64,000 nucleotides of DNA from an uncultured Actinomycetes bacterium (lineage in GTDB: Bacteria > Actinomycetota > Actinomycetes > S36-B12 > UBA5976): contig CAITJH010000017.1 of NCBI GenBank assembly GCA_903892635.1, positions 50,909 through 114,908 of the forward strand, given 5' to 3'. This document shows positions 21,063-29,794 of this stretch, in pieces (within the stretch, counting starts at the first letter, position 1; each line of letters opens with the position of its first letter). The position numbers were made by a program, and so were the translations under genes. The notes under the pieces were generated by a model. That model did no database searches. It was not told the DNA's origin and saw nothing but the letters and a program-made list of their open reading frames with translations.

Positions 21063-21782
21063 GTGGAGATCCTTGGCCGCATGGTCAACGCATCAAATTC
21101 CACGTTGGTAGTTCGCGACAGTGAACGGCAATACGTTTACAAACCAATCTCTGGCGAGCGTCCGCTATGGGATTTTCCCGATGGAACGCTCGCAGCGCGA
21201 GAACGAGCAGCATTTCTGCTATCTCACAGTGGTGGCTGGAATGTGGTGCCTGAAACGACGCTACGAGTTGGGCCAATGGGTTTAGGTAGCTTCCAAAACT
21301 GGGTGGAGGCAGAACCGACCAGTGTCGACATTCTTGAACCTCATCTAGTCCCTGAAAACTGGCACGATGTTTTTACCGGCGTCAATGAAAATGGCAAGGA
21401 AGTCGTTTTGACTCATGCCAACGATTTAATGTTGCGACGCATTGCATTATTCGATGCCGTCATCAATAACGCTGATCGAAAAGCTGGGCACATTCTTACC
21501 GACGACCATGGACAACACTTTGCCATCGATCACGGCGTGACTTTTCACCATGAACCAAAATTGCGCACCGTGCTCTGGGGTTGGATGGGCGAAGAAATAT
21601 CAGATGAAGAAACACAACTACTTCAGCGTTCACTCGAGGCTAGTAATGCACCAGAATTCTCGGAGCTACTCACTGATACCGAGATCGAAGCTCTTCGTTC
21701 GCGCATTGCAGAGTTAATCGAAACCCGCGTGTTTCCGGAACCATCTCGAGAGTGGCCAGCAATCCCCTGGCCCATTTTTTAG
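21063..21782 (+). CDS. SCO1664-family protein (PI3/4-kinase-like fold, function unknown)
   Basis: 239 aa. Kinase-like catalytic segment NNADRKAGHIL....IDHGVTF. Conserved actinobacterial neighbour of DUF3090 and the phosphomutase-like gene. Confidence 0.7.
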   Translation: MEILGRMVNASNSTLVVRDSERQYVYKPISGERPLWDFPDGTLAARERAAFLLSHSGGWNVVPETTLRVGPMGLGSFQNWVEAEPTSVDILEPHLVPENWHDVFTGVNENGKEVVLTHANDLMLRRIALFDAVINNADRKAGHILTDDHGQHFAIDHGVTFHHEPKLRTVLWGWMGEEISDEETQLLQRSLEASNAPEFSELLTDTEIEALRSRIAELIETRVFPEPSREWPAIPWPIF

Positions 21783-22330
21783 CCCCGTCGACGATATCCA
21801 TTTGCCCGCGGACAGATGTGACCTCGAGGATCGAGTGGAAATTCGCAGAGCGGACATGGGGGTCGCCCAGCCGACACTACAGATAAAGCGCGGCGAGCAA
21901 ATGCCCGTGCTGCCATCGAATCCATTCGAACCCGCAATACATCGGGGCCTTCGTCGGAATCTTCTTCCAATTCGGGCACGTCATCAAATGATTCGGTTTG
22001 AGCATGCGCTTCTACAACAACTTGCGCACTCCTCGAGTTCCACCCCAATGCCAGTGTTCCAACGCGAAATTCATCTTCGATTGGATTATCAAGTGGCTCA
22101 AGATCCGCTGGACCGACAAGTGAAGTGTCGATACCTTCGGCGATTCCTACTTGATCTAATAACTCGTTGAGTCTGTCACCAAGTAAATTCACTTGTTCTT
22201 TTTCAAGCGAGACACTGATTAATCGCTTGCCGTCACGTGCCTGAAGAAAGAACGTGCGATCGCCTGGTTCGCCAACAGTGCCTGCAACAAAGCGTGCGGG
22301 ATTATCAAACAAGTGCACAAACCGAGCCAT
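21779..22330 (-). CDS. DUF3090 family protein
   Basis: 183 aa. N-terminal FVAGTVGEPGDRTFFLQA, an acidic middle region, and a C-terminal Cys/His cluster CPLCEFPLDPRGHICPRANGY. 4-nt convergent overlap with the SCO1664-family gene. Confidence 0.7.
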   Translation of the reverse strand: MARFVHLFDNPARFVAGTVGEPGDRTFFLQARDGKRLISVSLEKEQVNLLGDRLNELLDQVGIAEGIDTSLVGPADLEPLDNPIEDEFRVGTLALGWNSRSAQVVVEAHAQTESFDDVPELEEDSDEGPDVLRVRMDSMAARAFARRALSVVSAGRPPCPLCEFPLDPRGHICPRANGYRRRG

Positions 22331-22332
22331 TG

Positions 22333-23001
22333 CTATTGGTCCTTTCCGCTCTGTCCACCAAGTTGTGGCGCTTCTGGCGACAAATGCTCAAGCCATCCGT
22401 GGCCAGTATCGTTCAATTTCGATATCGCACTTCCGTTGGAACTGTATCGAATCACACTTACTGAACAAGGATCAACCATGATCCGCTGGAAATCGTTCAG
22501 ATTCATTCCCAACGCATCAGCACAAATAGCCTTGATGACATCGCCATGGCTCACAGCAGCCCACACGACATTTTCTCCGTGTTCAGCAGTCAGTTGAGCA
22601 TCCCATTCACGTATACAAGCGACTGCTCGACTTGCCATTGCTGCCATTGCTTCACCGTCTGGGAAAACCATGTCAGCAGGCTTTTCTTGAACGATCTTCC
22701 ACATATCGAGCTGGGCAAGATCACTAATTTTTTCACCTTGCCATTGCCCGTAATCACACTCAATGAGTCGATCGTCGATCTCAAGCGGAACAGACTTTAA
22801 TGCAAGTGCGGTTGTAGCCAGCGTGCGTTCGAGAGGACTCGACACAACTTTGACCACAGGAACTTGAGCTAGGCGGTCACCTAACTCATATGCTGACTTG
22901 CGCCCAACATCATCAAGATCAACACCGGTCAAACGACCAGCAAGAATGCCATCAGCATTTGCCGAAGTACGCCCATGACGAATCAGCAATAACAGTCCCA
23001 C
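22333..23001 (-). CDS. Histidine phosphatase family protein (MSMEG_4193-type putative phosphomutase)
   Basis: 222 aa. Catalytic RHG motif (LIRHGRTSAN) and a downstream SHGD. Confidence 0.8.
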   Translation of the reverse strand: MGLLLLIRHGRTSANADGILAGRLTGVDLDDVGRKSAYELGDRLAQVPVVKVVSSPLERTLATTALALKSVPLEIDDRLIECDYGQWQGEKISDLAQLDMWKIVQEKPADMVFPDGEAMAAMASRAVACIREWDAQLTAEHGENVVWAAVSHGDVIKAICADALGMNLNDFQRIMVDPCSVSVIRYSSNGSAISKLNDTGHGWLEHLSPEAPQLGGQSGKDQ

Positions 23002-23047
23002 GTTTTAACTCTAACGCGAAAGAGTGTTACGCGTATCGCGGCCTGAC

Positions 23048-23884
23048 TTACGAGGTTGCGCTGACAACTCCAGTAGCCAACAAGATGAGTAGGAGTACAC
23101 CTAGTCCAACTCGGTACTGCACGAATGGCTTAAATGACTTTGTCTGGATGTAATTCATGAAGCCTGAAATCACGCCGTAACCCACAATGAAGGCAATCGC
23201 CGTAGCCACAATAGTTGCCGGCCAATTCGCATATGAATCCGATGAAATGTTTTTTACTTCCAACAAGGAACTCGCTAATACCGCTGGAATAGCCAGCAAG
23301 AATGAATAGCGCGCAGCAACTTCACGCTTGAAACCCATGAACAATCCAAAGGTAATCGTCGCACCTGAGCGAGAGACTCCAGGAATCAATGCAAGCGCCT
23401 GTCCAACTCCAAAAATCAGAGCTGACTTCCACGAAAGATCAGACTCACCTTTGACGTGCTTGGCACTGATGTCCGCGTATCCAAGAATCAGACCCATCAC
23501 GATAAGGGCGAGTGCCACAACCACGAGATTGCGAGCCGTAGTTTCAATCTGGTCTTTAAACACCAGTCCCAATAGTGCGATAGGTAGCGTTCCAACGATC
23601 ACGTACCAAGCCATTTTGGCTTCTGGTTCTTTTCGCAATTCCGCATGCTTGAAGCTTTTTGCCCACGTGGAAATAATCGAGACGATGTCTTTTCGGAAAT
23701 ATAAAATCACCGCAGATTCTGTGCCGATTTGAGTCACAGCTGTGAATGCGGCGCCGGCATCTTGCCAATGAAAGAGTCTGGTCAAAATCAATTCGTGAGC
23801 TGATGAAGAAATCGGCAAAAACTCGGTTAAGCCTTGGGACACTCCAAGCACAATGGCTTGGAGCCACGTCAAGTGATCGGTCAT
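23048..23884 (-). CDS. uppP: Undecaprenyl-diphosphate phosphatase
   Basis: Polytopic membrane protein with the FLPISSSAH motif. Start set at ATG 23884, 8 nt after AAGGAG. The ORF-track start at 23935 adds 17 aa. Confidence 0.9.
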   Translation of the reverse strand: MTDHLTWLQAIVLGVSQGLTEFLPISSSAHELILTRLFHWQDAGAAFTAVTQIGTESAVILYFRKDIVSIISTWAKSFKHAELRKEPEAKMAWYVIVGTLPIALLGLVFKDQIETTARNLVVVALALIVMGLILGYADISAKHVKGESDLSWKSALIFGVGQALALIPGVSRSGATITFGLFMGFKREVAARYSFLLAIPAVLASSLLEVKNISSDSYANWPATIVATAIAFIVGYGVISGFMNYIQTKSFKPFVQYRVGLGVLLLILLATGVVSATS

Positions 23885-23956
23885 CGAAAAGTCTCCTTGG
23901 TAACGACACGCCACCGTAAAGCGCGCGTGCTTCACATTGAACGCTAGCGTGAACTT

Positions 23957-24916
23957 ATGGAACTTCGCGGACTAGGCAACAGCGGGCTTTTCGTGTCGCG
24001 TTTGGGTCTTGGCACGATGTCATGGGGCCGGGACACCGACATTCACGAAGCTCGGGATCAGTTCAACTTGTACTACGAGGCCGGCGGTCGTTTCGTTGAT
24101 ACGGCAGATATTTATAGTGATGGCGGCTCAGAAGAAATTCTCGGCGAATTCCTGCGCGATAAACCTGATGTCATTGTGTCGACTAAGGCAGGCTCAGTAC
24201 GAAGCGCTCGCCGCAGGAATGCCAGCCGTGGCCATCTGATATCAGCACTCGATTCATCACTCAAGCGCCTTCGGCGCAATCACATCGACATTTGGCACGT
24301 TAATGCTTGGGATCCTTACACCCCAATTGAAGAAACCCTTAGCGCACTGGACTTTGCCGTCAGTACTGGTCGAGTTCGATATGTCGGGGTCTCCAATTAT
24401 TCAGGGTGGCAACTAGCGACTGCTTCTACAACTCAAAGCGATCGTCCAGCTCGGATAATTTCTACTCAAATGGAATATTCGCTCATCGAACGCGGTGTTG
24501 AACGAGAAGTTGTTCCGGCTGCAACCGCTCACGGCGTAGGACTATTGGCATGGTCACCACTTGGACGTGGAGTTCTCACAGGTAAGTATCGGCACGCTAC
24601 CCCACCAGATTCTCGGGCGGCTTCTGCACACCTTGCCTCATTTGTTACGCCGTACCTACACGAACGGCCTCGAGCAATTGTCGATGCTGTGTGCATGGCA
24701 GCTGAAGGTCTAGGCCTATCTCCAATAGATGTCTCGCTTGCTTGGTTGACTGCACGACCTACGGTGGCAAGTGCGATTGTTGGCGCTCGCACGGCATCTC
24801 AAATGCGTGCAATTGTGGCTGGCATGGATGCGTCGTTGCCTGATGAAATTCACACTGCGCTTGACGAAGTGTCTGCTCCACTTCGTGGCTACCCTGAATT
24901 CGGCTGGAATCAATAG
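23957..24916 (+). CDS. Aldo/keto reductase
   Basis: 319 aa. AKR motifs LGLGTMSWG, DTADIYS and GVSNYSGWQ. Confidence 0.85.
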   Translation: MELRGLGNSGLFVSRLGLGTMSWGRDTDIHEARDQFNLYYEAGGRFVDTADIYSDGGSEEILGEFLRDKPDVIVSTKAGSVRSARRRNASRGHLISALDSSLKRLRRNHIDIWHVNAWDPYTPIEETLSALDFAVSTGRVRYVGVSNYSGWQLATASTTQSDRPARIISTQMEYSLIERGVEREVVPAATAHGVGLLAWSPLGRGVLTGKYRHATPPDSRAASAHLASFVTPYLHERPRAIVDAVCMAAEGLGLSPIDVSLAWLTARPTVASAIVGARTASQMRAIVAGMDASLPDEIHTALDEVSAPLRGYPEFGWNQ

Positions 24917-25104
24917 TGGCTGCCGTCTGGGAATTCAAAGAGTTGCGTTTTGCGCAAGATTCAAAGCGTTCAGATGTTAAGGCAGTACTGACAAGCATGG
25001 CCGAAGTCGACCGATGGGAGTTAGACCGAGTTCGGGTCTATAACGATGGTCGCCGTTGGGTGAGGTTGCGCCGCAAGATTTACCACCTTGAACGAACTGC
25101 TTAA
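24916..25104 (+). CDS. Small conserved actinobacterial protein (DUF5703-like)
   Basis: 62 aa. GTG start overlaps the AKR stop by 1 nt. Sequence (WEFKELRF...RWELDRVRVYNDGRRWVRLRRK) resembles the small protein usually found here in actinobacteria. This is from memory only. Confidence 0.5.
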   Translation: MAAVWEFKELRFAQDSKRSDVKAVLTSMAEVDRWELDRVRVYNDGRRWVRLRRKIYHLERTA

Positions 25105-26424
25105 TTAACTGGATCGAACAAAGCGATCCATTACACGCATGCCAAATTCCAATCCGTTGACTGGAACTCGCTCGTCCACTCCATGAAACATCGCCGAGAA
25201 ATCTAACTCAGGTGGTAGTAACAGCGGCAAGAACCCATAACACGTAATTCCTAATTTGCTGAATGCCTTGGCATCGGTGCCACCAGAAAGTGTGTACGGC
25301 ACCGGTGTACCACTTGGATCTTCTGCACGAATTGCATTCGACATGGCCTCAATCAGCGGACCACTGAACGGTGCCTCCAGAGCAATCCCGTTAACTACGT
25401 CTTCTCGCACAACACCAGGTGGAAGCAGATTCTCGATGTCTTTGATTAACTCGTCTTCGTAACCAGGTAGGAAACGACCGTCAATCATTGCTTCGGCAGT
25501 ACCTGGAATGACGTTGTGCTTGTACCCAGCGTTCAACATTGTGGGGTTCGCTGTATTCGATAACGTTGCTCCAATGATTCGAGCTATTGGTCCAAGATGA
25601 CTGAGTAGTTCTTCAGGATCATCCGCCGAGAGTTCAATTCCCAGCGCATCTGAAAGCGCTTTAATAAAGTCGCGCACGGTAGGCGTCATGGCAAGTTCAA
25701 ATTTGTGCTCACCGATCGCTGCAACGGCTTGGGCTAAATGTGTCACTGCATTGTCGTTATTGATAAACGATCCGTGGCCAGCTGTGCCTTCGGCACGTAA
25801 TTTCATCCAGCGGATACCTTTTTCAGCTGTCTGCACGAGGTACAAACGGACGTCGTCGCGCACTGTCAGGCTATAGCCGCCTACTTCCCCAACAGCCTCA
25901 CTAATGTTTGAAAACATATCTTTGCGATGGTTCACCAACCATTCGGATCCATGGATACTTCCAGCCTCTTCGTCTGGCAGAAACTGAAGCACGATGTCGC
26001 GAGGTGGCTTCACGCCCGCTTTAGCCCAGGCTCGCACCAAGGCCAAAATCATGCCATCGCCATCCTTCATATCGACAGCGCCACGACCCCAAATCATGCC
26101 ATCGTGAATCTCCGCAGCAAAGGGATCGTACGTCCAGTCCTTAGCTTGTGCTGGGACGACGTCTAGGTGCCCATGTAAAAGCAACGCTGGTCGAGAAGAA
26201 TCGGAACCTGCTAATCGCGCGTAGACCCCTTGGCGTTTGCCACTTGTCGTCTCGTAACGCTCACAATCAATACCGACCTCTTTGAGCTTCGACTCAACGT
26301 ACTCAGCAGCCAAGGCTTCACCGGGACCTGAATCGTCACCATAGTTCGACGTATCAATCTTGATGAGATCTCGTACGATCTCTACAACTTCAGCAGAAAT
26401 GTCAGCAAGCGGCTCGATTGTCAT
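25105..26424 (-). CDS. M20/M25/M40 family metallopeptidase (DapE/ArgE-like)
   Basis: Motifs LLHGHLDVVP, RGAVDMKDG and LPDEEAGS. The maximal ORF reaches a GTG at 26457 (450 aa). ATG 26424 gives a more typical N-terminus, but the start remains uncertain. Confidence 0.8.
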   Translation of the reverse strand: MTIEPLADISAEVVEIVRDLIKIDTSNYGDDSGPGEALAAEYVESKLKEVGIDCERYETTSGKRQGVYARLAGSDSSRPALLLHGHLDVVPAQAKDWTYDPFAAEIHDGMIWGRGAVDMKDGDGMILALVRAWAKAGVKPPRDIVLQFLPDEEAGSIHGSEWLVNHRKDMFSNISEAVGEVGGYSLTVRDDVRLYLVQTAEKGIRWMKLRAEGTAGHGSFINNDNAVTHLAQAVAAIGEHKFELAMTPTVRDFIKALSDALGIELSADDPEELLSHLGPIARIIGATLSNTANPTMLNAGYKHNVIPGTAEAMIDGRFLPGYEDELIKDIENLLPPGVVREDVVNGIALEAPFSGPLIEAMSNAIRAEDPSGTPVPYTLSGGTDAKAFSKLGITCYGFLPLLLPPELDFSAMFHGVDERVPVNGLEFGMRVMDRFVRSS

Positions 26425-26466
26425 GGCTCCAGTCTTACCTATATCGCAGGCGAGCACCTTCTAGGC

Positions 26467-26499
26467 ACCCGCATTTGAGCAAGGACGGCAAATGCGGGT
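26467..26499. promoter_or_regulatory. Perfect 11-bp inverted repeat with an 11-nt spacer in the divergent M20-peptidase / tRNA-Leu intergenic region
   Basis: ACCCGCATTTG (26467-26477), agcaaggacgg, CAAATGCGGGT (26489-26499). All 11 pairs checked base by base. Confidence 0.5.
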
Positions 26500-26548
26500 A
26501 TTCTTACGAGGCTAGCAAGTAACGAACATCGCAATGCTAGAAACCTCA

Positions 26549-26632
26549 GTCCGGGTGGCGGAATAGGCAGACGCGCTAGCTTGAGGTGCTAGTCCCCTCA
26601 CGGGGATGGGGGTTCAAGTCCCCCCTCGGACA
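26549..26632 (+). tRNA. tRNA-Leu (anticodon GAG), type II with long variable arm, no encoded CCA
   Basis: Folded by hand. Acceptor GTCCGGG/CTCGGAC; 3-bp D stem; anticodon stem CTAGC/GCTAG with loop TTGAGGT; variable arm CCCC-TCA-GGGG; T arm GGGGG-TTCAAGT-CCCCC; discriminator A. Confidence 0.9.
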
Positions 26633-26635
26633 CTA

Positions 26636-26674
26636 GAACGGACTTTGCACTTGCAAGGTCCGTTCTTTTATTTC
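26636..26674 (+). terminator. Rho-independent terminator after tRNA-Leu
   Basis: 13-bp stem (26636-26648 pairs with 26653-26665, one G-U) with a 4-nt loop, followed by TTTTATTT. Confidence 0.75.
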
Positions 26675-26738
26675 TGACCGAGCACTCGCCCGCACTTGGC
26701 GTTTAGCCGCACCATTGAGAGCGAGTAAAATTAGGCTT

Positions 26739-27626
26739 ATGTCTGGGCTCAACAAAATTATTTTGTACTACGGATTCACTCCAATTGATGACCCCGAGGC
26801 AATCCGACTGTGGCAACGAACGCTATGCGAAAAACTCAACCTCAAAGGCAGAATCCTGATTTCTGAGCATGGAATCAATGGCACTCTAGGTGGCGACATT
26901 GAGGACCTCAAGAATTACATAAAGGCAACTAAGGAATACAAAGGCTTTAAGCGCATCGATTGGAAATGGTCGGATGGCACTGGCGAGGACTTTCCACGAC
27001 TCAAAGTCAAAGTGCGTGATGAGATAGTTGCTTTTGGTGCAACCGATGAACTCAAAGTAGACAAACATGGAGTTATCGGCGGTGGCGAGCATTTGTCGCC
27101 CGAGCAAGTAAATGAACTCGTCGAAAAATATGGCGACGACGTGGTGTTCTTTGATGGCCGTAACGCTTTCGAAGCGAAAATTGGAAAATTTCGAAACGCG
27201 ATTGTTCCTGATGTGCGCACAACACATGACTTCATAAAGGAAATTGAAAGCGGAAAATACGACGACATCAAGGATAAGAAAATTATCTCGTACTGCACTG
27301 GCGGAATACGGTGCGAAATTCTTTCAGTACTGATGAAGAATCGTGGATTTAACGACGTCTATCAAATTCAAGGTGGCATCGTGCGTTACGGAGAAAAGTT
27401 TGGCGACTCTGGATTATGGGATGGATCGCTCTACGTTTTCGATAATCGCATGGCGGTTGACTTTACTGACGAAGCAAAAGTTATCGGCGAATGCGAAAAA
27501 TGTAACGGTGCAACAAACCAATTTTATAATTGTGCCAATCAGCAGTGTCGAGAACTGACTTTGCTGTGCGACGAATGTGCTGCGAAGTACAGCAGCGCAG
27601 CGTGTACTCACGAATTGGTCAAATAG
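26739..27626 (+). CDS. trhO: Rhodanese-domain tRNA uridine(34) hydroxylase-like protein (UPF0176/YceA/TrhO family)
   Basis: N-terminal [12 protein letters not shown], rhodanese active-site loop YCTGGIRCE, and a C-terminal Cys cluster (CEKCNG..CANQQC..CDEC). ATG 26739 is preferred over TTG 26715. Confidence 0.75.
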   Translation: MSGLNKIILYYGFTPIDDPEAIRLWQRTLCEKLNLKGRILISEHGINGTLGGDIEDLKNYIKATKEYKGFKRIDWKWSDGTGEDFPRLKVKVRDEIVAFGATDELKVDKHGVIGGGEHLSPEQVNELVEKYGDDVVFFDGRNAFEAKIGKFRNAIVPDVRTTHDFIKEIESGKYDDIKDKKIISYCTGGIRCEILSVLMKNRGFNDVYQIQGGIVRYGEKFGDSGLWDGSLYVFDNRMAVDFTDEAKVIGECEKCNGATNQFYNCANQQCRELTLLCDECAAKYSSAACTHELVK

Positions 27627-27628
27627 CA

Positions 27629-28258
27629 CTAGCCGGCTGAGCCTGGCCAAAATCCCTTGATTGAAGCAACGATCATCTCAACAGCGATGGCGGCACTCAA
27701 CAAACCAGCTACACGCGCTAGCAATGTGACGCCCGATTCGCGGATCACGCGAACAATTTGGGTAGAAAACATCAACGTCAAACCAATGACCACGTGAACC
27801 AAGACGATTGCCAATGCCAGCGAGGCTTTGTGCATTGGAGTTGATGCAGATTGCGCAAACAACATAGTCGCAACGATTGCACCTGGCCCTGCAAGCAATG
27901 GTGTACCAAGAGGCACCATAGCGATGTTGGTACTTCCCTCAGTCGTTTCTTCCTGGCCCTTACCTGTCAGCAATTCCAACGCAATGAGCAGCAAAAGCAG
28001 TCCACCGGCACCTTGGAGCGCCGCGAACGACACATGTAGAGCTCCGAGAATTGCTTGTCCGGCTACAGCAAAGGTCACGATCAAAATCAATGACACAGCG
28101 GCCGCCTGCCATGCCAGTCGAATCCGTTGTCGCGGTGACTTGTCAGCAACTAGCGCCAAGAAGATTGGTGCCACACCAGGAGGATCCAAAACCACTAGCA
28201 ATGTAATAAAGGCTTGAACACCAAAAGTTACCGCAGTGAGTTCGGAGTAATTGTTCAC
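27629..28258 (-). CDS. MarC family (UPF0056) integral membrane protein
   Basis: 209 aa with six predicted TM segments. N-terminal FITLLVVLDPPGVAPIF is typical of the MarC family. Confidence 0.7.
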   Translation of the reverse strand: MNNYSELTAVTFGVQAFITLLVVLDPPGVAPIFLALVADKSPRQRIRLAWQAAAVSLILIVTFAVAGQAILGALHVSFAALQGAGGLLLLLIALELLTGKGQEETTEGSTNIAMVPLGTPLLAGPGAIVATMLFAQSASTPMHKASLALAIVLVHVVIGLTLMFSTQIVRVIRESGVTLLARVAGLLSAAIAVEMIVASIKGFWPGSAG

Positions 28259-28301
28259 AGCCCAACTCTAGAGCATCGGATTCCAGAGAAATTTTGGTGT
28301 T

Positions 28302-29207
28302 TTAGGCTAGGCCTTCCATACGTTTTAATTGCTCAATTCGCCAAGCAAGCGGCGGATGTGTATCGAATAGTCGCGAAGTCTTGGATGAGTCCAGCGGCGA
28401 TTCGATCCAAATGTGCGCAACAGCATTTGAGCGCTGGTGAACCACTGTTGAGTCAGCATTAAGAACCTCAAGTGCTCTTCGAAGCCCTGTTGGATTGCGT
28501 GTGAACTGAACGGCTGTTGCATCCGCCAACGCCTCTCGGTTTCTTGAAACTGCAGCTCGAAGCAAAATTGCAGCTATCGGCGCCAATATCAAAGCAACGA
28601 TTCCGGCGATCAAAGCGATTGGATTGCCACCGTTGTCATTGTTGTCGCGCCGCCCACCAGAAAACATTGTGAATCGAAGAACGAAGTCACTCAGGATTGC
28701 AATGGCACCTGCAGTAGTTGCGGCAACAGCAGCAACCAGAGTGTCTCGATTTGCCACATGTGCTAGCTCGTGAGCCGTCACGCCTTGCAATTCTTCACGA
28801 TCCATTTTTTCCAAAATTCCAGTGGTAAATGCAATAACAGCATGCTCCGGATTCCTGCCCGTGGCAAAAGCATTCGGAGCAGAATCTTGCACGATTGCAA
28901 CCTTAGGCATGGGTAAGCCAGCTGCCATCGTCATTTCTTGTACCAAGTTGAACAACTGCGGCGCCGAATCATGGTCAATTTCTCGAGCGCCAGTCATGGT
29001 TAAAACAATTTTGTCTGAAGCAAAATATGATCCCCACACTGAAGCGACTGCGATCATCACCGCGATAGGGAAAATACCAACCGTAGTCTGACCAGTGACA
29101 ACGGCTGCACCGTAAACAGCAGCAGCCACCACACAGCCCATTGAGGCCAACAGCAGATATGTCTTACGTTGATTGCTGGCTTGCGCCGCTCGGAAATCAG
29201 TAGTCAC
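28302..29207 (-). CDS. htpX: M48 family zinc metalloprotease HtpX
   Basis: 301 aa. Two N-terminal TM helices, zinc motif HELAHVANRD, two more TM helices, and a C-terminal HPPL motif. Confidence 0.85.
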   Translation of the reverse strand: MTTDFRAAQASNQRKTYLLLASMGCVVAAAVYGAAVVTGQTTVGIFPIAVMIAVASVWGSYFASDKIVLTMTGAREIDHDSAPQLFNLVQEMTMAAGLPMPKVAIVQDSAPNAFATGRNPEHAVIAFTTGILEKMDREELQGVTAHELAHVANRDTLVAAVAATTAGAIAILSDFVLRFTMFSGGRRDNNDNGGNPIALIAGIVALILAPIAAILLRAAVSRNREALADATAVQFTRNPTGLRRALEVLNADSTVVHQRSNAVAHIWIESPLDSSKTSRLFDTHPPLAWRIEQLKRMEGLA

Positions 29208-29213
29208 GATAAT

Positions 29214-29768
29214 TTACTTGAAGTCAACCTTAGGAACGTCTCGCTTTGAAGGATCGTCCACTTCGTAAAATTCTCCAGCCGAGACATTGGCAAGTCCTGC
29301 AAAAAACTTACCGGGAATTGCGGCAATGCTTTCATTGAGTGAACGAACGTTGTCGTTGTAATACTGGCGAGCGAAACCAATTTTGTTTTCCGTTGACGAA
29401 AGCTCTTCCTGCAATGACAAAAAGTTCGCTGATGCCTTAAGGTCTGGATACGCTTCACTCACCGCGAGCAGGCCGCGCAGTGCTTGTGTCATTTGGCCAT
29501 CAGCTACTGCTACATCATGAACCGTTTGAGCACTCGTAGCCGCGGCGCGAGCTGCGACCACTTTTTCAAATGTTGCAGACTCATGGGCGGCATAGCCCTT
29601 TACTGTCTCAACCAAATTAGGGATGAGATCAGCACGTCGTGCCAATTGCACCTCAATTTGTGAAAAAGCCTCGTTGACACGGACATTCAACCGGACGAGT
29701 CGATTGAATTGACCAACTACAAAAAGAATTACTAGTGCAAGTACGCCGACAACAATCCATGTATTCAT
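29214..29768 (-). CDS. lemA: LemA family protein
   Basis: 184 aa. A single N-terminal TM helix followed by the LemA signature (FNRLVRLNVRVNEAFSQIEVQLARRADLIPNLV...YYN). Confidence 0.85.
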   Translation of the reverse strand: MNTWIVVGVLALVILFVVGQFNRLVRLNVRVNEAFSQIEVQLARRADLIPNLVETVKGYAAHESATFEKVVAARAAATSAQTVHDVAVADGQMTQALRGLLAVSEAYPDLKASANFLSLQEELSSTENKIGFARQYYNDNVRSLNESIAAIPGKFFAGLANVSAGEFYEVDDPSKRDVPKVDFK

Positions 29769-29794
29769 AACTTGAGGTTACCCCGACTTTGACC

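Noticed and set aside
25099-25110. TTAATTAA palindrome where the DUF5703 and M20 peptidase stop codons abut
   Set aside because: It is simply two back-to-back TAA stops on opposite strands, with no additional structure.
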